DNA of 64,000 bases from Eledone cirrhosa (lineage: Eukaryota), in NCBI GenBank assembly GCA_964016885.1, contig OZ024741.1:353090001-353154000 (forward strand), in the 5' to 3' direction. How positions within the stretch are numbered: position 1 is the stretch's first letter; every line of letters starts with the position of its first letter. The notes beneath the pieces are model-generated. The model was given only the letters and a program-made list of their open reading frames with translations, had not been told where the DNA came from and did not search any database. Position numbers and translations under genes: made by a program. Shown here piece by piece: positions 55,377 to 64,000 of the stretch.

Positions 55377-56388
55377 AATCCCCAAGAAGATAGTGGACCT
55401 GATATCACTGCTCTACACCAACACCAAAGCCCAAGTCATTACACCTGATGGGTTGACAGAGTTCTTTGAGATACTGGCTGAAGTGCTCTAGGGAGATACA
55501 TTGGCTCCCTACCTTTTTATCATCGTAGTGGACTATTGTATGCGCCTTGCACTGGAGAAACACCAGGACTCTGGCTTTACTGTAGCACCGGCTCAGAGCA
55601 GGAGAGTTGGGGCGAAAAAGGTATCGGATGCTGAATTTGCCGACGACATAGTTTTGGTGACAAATACAGTGAAGGAGGCAGAGGATTTGATGCGGGAGGT
55701 TGAGACTGTGTCGATGAGTGTGGGGCTGAGAATGAATGAGACTAAAACAAAATATCTGGTAGAGAATGTTGAGAAGCCAGAGGGGATCACTAATGTAGGC
55801 GGGAAACCGCTGGAATTGGTTGAGGACTTCCTGTATTTGGGAGCAAAGATTGGGAATACGGAAGATGATGTGGTTGAGAGGAAGAGCAAGGCCTGGGCGG
55901 CGTGCCACAGCTTGAGATCGGTGTGGAAGTCGGACCTTCGTAGAGACCTGAAAATCCGCCTCTTCATTGCTGTAGTGGAGTCTGTGCTGCTGTATGGGTC
56001 TGAGACTTGGACACTGACCAAGAAACTCACTCAGATGGTGGATGGGTGCTACACGAGAATGCTGAGGATGGCTCTGAACATTAATCAGTATACACTGAGG
56101 ATGAAAAACTCAGAGCTGTATGGGAGCATCCCAAAAGTCATCTCAAAAGTGACACAGAGGAGACTGAGGTTAGCCGGACATGCTCACCGACATCCAGAGT
56201 TGACATTGCACTCAGTACTCCTTTGGGAGCCCTTACATGGACACGCTAGAAGAGGAAGACCAAGGTTAACGTATGTTGATGCCCTAAGGACAGACACTGG
56301 TCTGTTGGAGACGCAGGACATGGCAGCGATAATGAGGGACAGAGACCGCTGGAGAGAACTCGTCCATGGATCTCGGGAATTTTACCCG

Positions 56389-56391
<3 letters not shown>
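55372..56391 (+). mobile_element. RTE-like LINE, 5'-truncated RT + C-terminus, inside (AT)n
   Basis: VL*GDTLAPYLF (stop in the QG motif), FADD, FLYLG, LLYGSETWTL, RRLRLAGH, RRGRP, DRDRWR. Confidence 0.9.
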
Positions 56392-56455
<64 letters not shown>

Positions 56456-56466
56456 TATCTCATTCT

Positions 56467-56505
56467 ATTTTCTGATGAAGGACTAGCGTCCGAAACCTTA
56501 AGACT
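56467..56505 (+). ncRNA. Minimal HHR motif of PLE type
   Basis: CTGATGA-A-GGAC(TAGC)GTCC-GAAA-CCT-TA-AGA. The sister copy at ~19842 has palindromic GAAACGTTA. Confidence 0.6.
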
Positions 56506-57359
56506 CTTTTCATACTATATCAAGCGTAAAACTAATAATATATTTCTTCAGTCTACTGTGCCGTTTGCTCTGTTATTTGTGTTTGCCTTTAGCACAGACA
56601 GTCACACACGCATATATATATGTGTGTAAAGATATAGCTAGATAGATAGATAGAAAGAGATAGAGAGAGGGAGAGAGTGAGAGAGAGAGAAAGAGAGTGG
56701 AAAGAAAGCGATTGACTTGAGAGGTGTTGGAATATCTGAAATTTTAAATGCATGCGTCCAAACGCAAATGTCCACAACAATAAGTGTGCACTGAAAACAG
56801 CAGTTGATAACATCGGTGCTGTTGTCCACCTTTTTCGTCTCCAGGGTTACTTTATCTGATTTTCTTAACTATTGTTTATAGTGATTTACTATTATTGTGG
56901 TCATTTGCGTTGGGATACACATATTTAAATATATTTAGAAATATTTAGAAATTTAGACATGGACAAGGTACCACGAAATACGATTAAAGAAAAAGATAAA
57001 ACTTTGAAAAAAATGATAAATCCTCATTAGAATGAAATAAGACCTGGTATTTTAGAGAAGGCAGAATGTATTGACATCAGTATTTGATTGGCACTTTATT
57101 TTAGCGACCCGGGAAGGTTAAAATATTAAGTCAATCTGGATATGAATTAAGAACTAAATTATGGTGAAGTATTTCGCTCGACACTTTATCAATTCTGCTA
57201 TTCCACCTAATGATCATTTATAAATTTATAAGAAGGAAAATATGACTTGGTGCTGTCCATGTCTATTGTGAAAGGGACTGGTTGTTTATGTAAAATAATA
57301 CAGCTTCATCTGGGAAGCAAAACTGCAAATCTATTTAGCTGTAGCTACATTTGTGGACG

Positions 57360-57670
57360 AAGCATAATCGAATGGTTTCGGAGTTCGCTTCGTAACCATT
57401 AGGTATCGATTTGATTCCATTGCATGGAATCTTGGGCAAGTGTCATTTACCATTGCCTCAGATTGAACTATGCTTTGTGAGTGAAATTGTGTTAACGGAA
57501 ACAGTTTGGAAACCTGTCAGATGGACTTATCATGTAACTCAAAGAGCCAGTCATGTCACGCTGAATCTCTTTGAAAATTATGTTAAGTGAACACTTGTTT
57601 TTGTTAATTTCACGAGCAAATCGATCCATTCATTGGAAAACTGGAACAATCATCGACAAAACCGGAGTAC
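57360..57670 (+). mobile_element. CORE-like SINE (family C), degenerate
   Basis: CGAATGG...TCTTGGGCAAGTGTCATTT...CTGGAAC, homologous to 4335-4700. Confidence 0.6.
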
Positions 57671-58359
57671 GACCATTTTAGTAGGTGCCTCTTATTCTAG
57701 ATTATTATCTTAAAGAAAGGCGTAGAATCAATGAAATGATACTTACTATTTTAAGAATCAATGCCCTAATAATTTAATGGAGAATCAGCCAATAAATCAC
57801 CATTTTTCCCTTTCCCACTGGCACTTAGTTGCTTCCCATTGCAGAATACGTAACTCACGAAATGCACTGTCATCCTAACCCCAAATAAGTACTAGATAAT
57901 AGGAAAAATGCACCACGTTTTAAGTAGTGCTAACAGTAAAATTAACAAACGTTTCATGAACTTATAGTAAGTTTAACTCCTTCTGTGTATATTGCTTGTA
58001 GATGTATGGACTCTGCAAGACTAACGTCTTCTTGATAAACAACAGAATGAAGTCCTCGTGTAGCTTTCAGGGCCCCGTTCTGTTACGTGAAATACCATTA
58101 AGAATATATTTTAATGTACTGAGAATGTCAGAGAGATAGAGAGAAAAACGGCTCATATAACAAAAAAAATGAAAATAATGTTAACCATTTTATGAATGAT
58201 AAACATGTAGAAGAGTGGTATTTATTTCCTGTCATCACAATGTCTAGCGATTGAGAGACAAATGTTTTATTGGACAGTACAGCCACTTTCTCAATGCACT
58301 TTCACAGTTAGAGAAACTGAGGTCTCGTAGACTACACTGTCTTGTCAAGAAACAATAAA

Positions 58360-58497
58360 GCGACGAATTGGCAGAGTCGTTAGAACGTCGGATAAAAGGC
58401 CTTGTGATGTTCGTTCCGAGTCTCTACCATCTGTGTTCAAAACTCGTCAAGGCCAGCTCTGCCTTTCATCATTTCCAAGTCGATAAAACAAGTATTA
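58360..58497 (+). mobile_element. SINE family A-related copy
   Basis: GCGACGAATTGGCAGAGTCGTTAG..GTTCAAA..GCCTTTCATC..GTCGATAAAA. Confidence 0.7.
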
Positions 58498-60685
58498 ATC
58501 CACTACGATAGTCGATTCTTTCTCTACATTTATTTCTCACTCTCTTCCCTGGAAGATATCGGTCGTGTTCAGACCTGGAGAGTAAATTGGCTGTGCCACG
58601 TTTATAAAGTGCCCAAGATATGCTGTATATTTCAACGGTGCCCCTACGACTCCATCAAGAGTTATAGCCTATACATATAAGAACGTAGAACATATGAACC
58701 AGTTGCCTATGATCTGTTGGTGAGGTTCTGTCCATTTCCATTACATCAACTCTTTTAGAATAAAGAAGTGACATCATCTACAAGACACAGTCATTATATA
58801 TATATATATCAATTAAATAGACAGATGGTCGTTCGACTTGTAAATAGCAGCCAAAACTCTTTCAATTCACACTCAACTGGCTTAAGAGGATGGCAATAGT
58901 AGATATTATGTAGAGAAAGAAAAGGGATGGTTACACATGGAATGCTTTTGATCATAGATCTACTAGATAACGAGTGTTTTGTACTATATGTACAGGATTA
59001 TATAATCGTCACCTTGAAGAAATCACATACATAAATAACCTTGATAGCTTCTAAAATTGTTAAGCCTTAAAACCTCTGGTGAGCTATAATGGCAATCATA
59101 AATTTATAACATAGTCAAGGCTACATTCCAAAAATAGTTTTATCTGTCGCTTCAACGTCAGAAAATCTTTCAGTTAGATGCGCTAGCAATAAAGACTTGT
59201 TTTATTGTTTAGTCAAGAGGAACGGCCATGACCATTTTTCAAGGTGTCAGTGACTGGTAGGAAGGAGGGAAGAAAGTATACATCAGCCTTTCGTTACCAT
59301 ATTTCTAATGAAGTAGACTGTCTATGATTTTGAAATCATTTTCAAAATAATGAAAAATTTAAAGGGATTTAGTAATATAACTACAATTCACATTATTGAA
59401 CTGGATTTTGGAGAATAAAAGTTCTTACACAAAATTATGACGAGGGGCTTTAGATAAATATAAACACTTTAAAACAAACATGTTTATATCATAGTACCAA
59501 TGCCGGGTTTAGACGGCTTAGTATTAGACCTGACTCTAAATGCTAGCAACAAATTAAACTTTGCTAAAATTGCCCAAGAGATAGATGGGGATGTTTAATA
59601 CAAGTTCACAAACCCGACTTAACCCATCATACATCTTCAGCTATATAGAAGAAATAGTACTTTAATTAACTCAATTGTGCAACTACTCAAATTCGAAACC
59701 AATCACCAAAACAGTTTTTTCCAAAATTAAAGTTAGCAGCATTTGTTGTGCATCATGCAAGTATTTGAAGTGTTGATCATATGCACAAGCCATCTTGTCA
59801 TTTTGATTGGAAACAAATATTTTTTTTTCCTAAGTATTTGCTTTCCATCCTTTCAAGATCGATAAATACAGAACTCCAGTATTGGGGTCGATTATTCCTC
59901 TTTCTCTGGAAGAAACTGGTTGCGTTCCGACCTGGGGATGGATAGGTTCTACCAGGTTAAAAAATGCTCAATACACAGCGTGTGTCAGTACGACGCCTTT
60001 ATAGCTCTACCGGGTGTTAAGAGCCTTAATTTCCTAATATTTTCTTCCCTTTCCTTTTGGGAGTCACTAACTGTTGCTACCACGTATCTGGCTTATTTCA
60101 ATAAAAAGGTAGAGTTCAATTTATTTAAAATTCTTTGCGTATGCTATTTAAGTTAATCACCATATACATAAATTCTTGGAACTTATGCAATCGGCTCAAG
60201 TTAATTATCTCCCTTAGCTCACGTTTGTAATTATGTACTGGTCAAAATTCTTCTTAACTTCTTTTCTTCTGATAAAACTCTTTGTTTATTGATTGAATCA
60301 GTAGACTAAGCTTCACCGATAAGGTATAATTTGGCCGAAACATGTTCTTAGCTTTCACCTTACTAAGAAGCATCCCATTTCCACCATAGCATGAATTTTC
60401 GAATTTCTGTTGAATCTTTTTTTAATTATCTCATCTTTTGTTTGAGAGTTGCCAACAATTGCCACCAGGTTTTTGTTTTCCTTCGACTAAAATGCCAATT
60501 TTAATTTATTCAGATTATTCCTGTTCATTATTTCGTGCATCAGCACCTACCCGAATGAGACAGATAATGTGGTGGTCAAGATAGAGGAAGATGAGAAAAC
60601 CAGAATTTAGAAGATGGCAAGAGAGAGAGAAAGAGATACAGAGCAATATGATGCAGAAAGAAAACATACGAGAGTGTAAAAGAAC

Positions 60686-60806
<121 letters not shown>

Positions 60807-61182
60807 AATATATAAGCAGGGCCAAATAAAGTAAAACAACGAATTAGCTATGAAAAGAGAGATAGAGGGGTATTATAAAAAGATACAGATAGACAAACAT
60901 AGAATAGTGAGAAAGAAGATAGAATTTGGTGGAGAGGAGAAATATTTCGAAACACAGAGAGGTGTAACACGGGGAAGATGTAAAGATTGATAAATAGATA
61001 GATATAGATAGATGAAGAAAATAAGAGAGAGGGAGAGATAGGGAGAGAGGGTAGAGAGAGAGATAGGGAGAGAGAGAGAGAGACTATATGGTGATGGTGA
61101 ATGGAAAGATAGACACATACACACACGCCATAGTAAATAGATAAATGATAACTAAAGAACTACTACAACAGAGAGCCAGACA

Positions 61183-63400
61183 GGGTGGTGGTGGTGGTTG
61201 TGTCTGTGGTGGTGGTGATGTGAGTGGTTGTGTCTGTGGTGGTGATGGGGATGGTGGTGGTGGTGATGTTAGTGGTTATGTCTGTGGTGGTGGTGAGGTG
61301 GTGGTGGTGGTGGTGGTGATGTGAGTGGTTGTGTCTGTGGTGGTGATGTTAGTGGTTATGTCTGTGGTGGTGGTGAGGTGGTGGTGGTGGTGTCTGTGGT
61401 GTTAGTGGTGGTGGTGATGTTAGTGGTTATGTCTGTGGTGGTGGTGAGGTGGTGGTGGTGGTGTCTGTGGTGGTGGTGGTGGTTGTGGTGGTGGTGCCTG
61501 TGCTGTTGGTGGTGCCTGTGGTGTTGGTGGTGGTTGTGGTGGTGTTGGTGGTGTTGGTGGTGGTGGTCGGTGCTTGTGGTGCTTGTGGTGGTGGTTGTGG
61601 CGGTGGTGGTGGTGGTGGTTGTGGTGGTTGGTGGTGGTGGTGGTGCCTGTGGTGTTGGTGGTGCCTGTGGTGTTGGTGGTGGTTGTGGTGGTGTTGGTTG
61701 TGTTGGTGGTGGTGGTCGGTGGTGGTGGTACTTGTGGTGGTGGTTGTGGTGGTGGTGGTGGTGGTGGTTGTGGTGGTTGGTGGTGGTGGTGGTGCCTGTG
61801 GTGTTGGTGGTGCCTGTGGTGTTGGTGGTGGTTGTGGTGGTGTTGGTTGTGTTGGTGGTGGTGGTCGGTGGTGGTGGTACTTGTGGTGGTGGTTGTGGTG
61901 GTTGTGGTGGTGGTGGTGGTGCCTGTGGTAGTGGTGGTTGTGGTGGTTGGTGGTGGTGGTGGTTGTGGTGGTGGTGGTGGTGCCTGTGGTGTTGGTGGTG
62001 GTTGTGGTGGTTGGTGGTGGTGGTGGTGCCTGTGGTGTTGGTGGTGCCTGTGCTGTTGGTGGTGGTGTTGGTGGTGTTGGTGGTGTTGGTGGTGGTGGTC
62101 GGTGGTGGTGGTGCTTGTGGTGGTGGTTGTGGTGGTTGTGGTGGTGGTGGTGGTGCCTGTGGTGTTGGTGGTGCATGAGGTGTTGGTGTGTTGGTGGTGG
62201 TGGTCGGTGGTGGTGGTGCCTGTGGTGGTGGTTGTGGTGGTTGTGGTGGTTGTGGTGGTGGTGAGGTGGTGGTGGTGGTGTCTGTGGTGTTAGTGGTGGT
62301 GGTGGTGGTGGATGTGGTGGTGGTTGTGGTGGTTGTGGTGGTGGTGGTGGTGCCTCTGGTGTTGGTGGTGCCTGTGGTGTTGGCGGTGGTTGTGGTGGTG
62401 TTGGTGGTGGTGGTCGGTGGTGGTGGTGCTTGTGGTGGTACTTGTGGTGGTGGTTGTGTCATTGATATAGCTGGTGTCGTTGATATCTGTTGTAGAAATG
62501 ATGGCAGCGGTGACAGAGAAAATGTAGGCGACAAGTGATGATGAAAATATTAGACATTGGTGGCGGTGGTGTACTGTTGTGTTGTTGTTGGTGGTGGTGG
62601 TGGTGGTGGTGGTGGCGGGGTGGCGGTGGTGGTGGGGTGGTCGTGTTGGTGTAGTGGGGGTAGGGTGGTGGTGGTGCTGTTATTGGCGGTGGTGTACTGT
62701 TGTGTTGTTGTTGTTGTTGTTGGTGGTGGTGGTAGTGGTGTACTGTTGTATTTTGTTGTTGTTGGTGGAGGTGGTGGTGGTATTGGTGGTGGTGGTGGTG
62801 GTGAGGGTGATGGTGGTGGTGGTGGTGGTGGTGGTGTAGTGGTGGTGGTAGTGTGGTAGTGGTGTTGGGCTGTTCTCGTGGTATTAATGAAGGTGGTATT
62901 GGCAGTGGTGGGGTTTACATAGTATTAGGGAGGAGGTAGTGACAGTAGTTACTCTATTTATGACGATGATAATGATGAATATAGTGATAGTATTGGTGGT
63001 GGGGATGGTGGTAGTGGTGGTGGTGGTAGTGGTGGTGGTGGTGGTGATGGTGGTGGTGGTGGTGGTGGTGGTGGTGGTGGTGGTGGTGGTGGTGATGGTG
63101 GTGGTGATGGTGGTGGATGTGGTGGTGATGGTGGTGTTGGTGGTGGTGGTGATGGTGGTGGTGGTGGTGATGGTGGTGTTGGTGGTGGTGGATGTGGTGG
63201 TGGTGGTGTTGGTGGTGGTGGTGATGGTGGTGTTGGTGGTGGTAGTGATGGTGGTGGTGATGGTGGTGGTAGTGATGGTGGTGGTGTTGATGGTGATGGT
63301 GACGGTGGTGGTGGTGATGGTGATGGTGACGGTGGTGGTGGCGGTGGTGGTGGTGGTGGTGGTGGTGAGGATGATGGTGATGGTGGTGGTGGTGCTTTTG
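61183..63400. repeat. (GGT)n-derived low-complexity array with higher-order repeats
   Basis: Recurring GGTGCCTGTGGTGTT, GGTCGGTGG and CTTGTGG modules. ~150-bp periodicity around 61620-61920. Confidence 0.9.
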
Positions 63401-63678
63401 CTAGTACTGCTGCTGCTGCTGAAGAAAATAGTTAGGTGAAGGTGGTGGTGGTGGCTGCAGTTTTATGGGAAGTGTTGGTAAAGGAGGGTGGAGGGTGAAG
63501 AGGAAAAACAACGGGAGAGGGTGGAAGAAATAATTCAATAAAGTAGAGTGGGGGAGGAAGGGAGGCGTGGGAAAATAAGGGGGAGAGGGAGAATGATGGG
63601 TATGTGGAAGGGGAAGATGAGATCGATAAATCAATATAGTGACTGCATGGTGTACTGTTGATTTTGTGGTAGCTGCAG

Positions 63679-63709
<31 letters not shown>

Positions 63710-63838
63710 GGCGTTGGTGGTGGTTGTGTAGCTATGGGGTGAGTTGGCTGGAGGAGTGGAGCGGAGGGGGGGGATAAGAGGATGTGCGTAATATTTGTGA
63801 ATGTCAATATATATATATATGTATATATGAATGTGTGT

Positions 63839-63881
<43 letters not shown>

Positions 63882-63968
63882 AATATGTGCCTTTATGGAT
63901 GAGTGTGATCATCGCTATATGTACGTTGGAGACAAAGTTTGTCAGTTTGAATTTGAATGAGTCTACAT

Positions 63969-64000
<32 letters not shown>

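Noticed and set aside
43383-56030. Antisense and alternative-frame ORFs overlapping the LINEs
   Set aside because: They are shadow ORFs of GC-richer coding sequence.

Overview
AT-rich animal genomic DNA packed with (AT)n, (CA)n, (TAA)n, (GA)n and (GGT)n microsatellites. The tRNA-derived SINE families suggest an octopus/coleoid cephalopod (inference). Only one host exon is convincing: a last coding exon of a membrane protein on the minus strand (40067-40405). Most other ORFs in the supplied track are microsatellite artefacts. Recognisable mobile DNA: two 5'-truncated Penelope-like elements (PLEs) with GIY-YIG domains and inverted pseudo-LTRs, a decayed near full-length L1/Tx1 LINE, an RTE-like LINE, two R4/Dong-like fragments, a Hero-like fragment, a hAT MITE and many SINEs. 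The main signal the ORF track does not show is a dense set of type I hammerhead ribozyme (HHR) motifs, about 15 intact to degenerate, from several unrelated families. They lie in small, mostly non-coding elements embedded in (AT)n, built as fold-back palindromes or as 'inverted arm + ~530-550 bp tandem unit' retrozyme-like structures. Two unrelated families carry the compensatory U3-A8 catalytic core. All folds were read by eye, with no computation.
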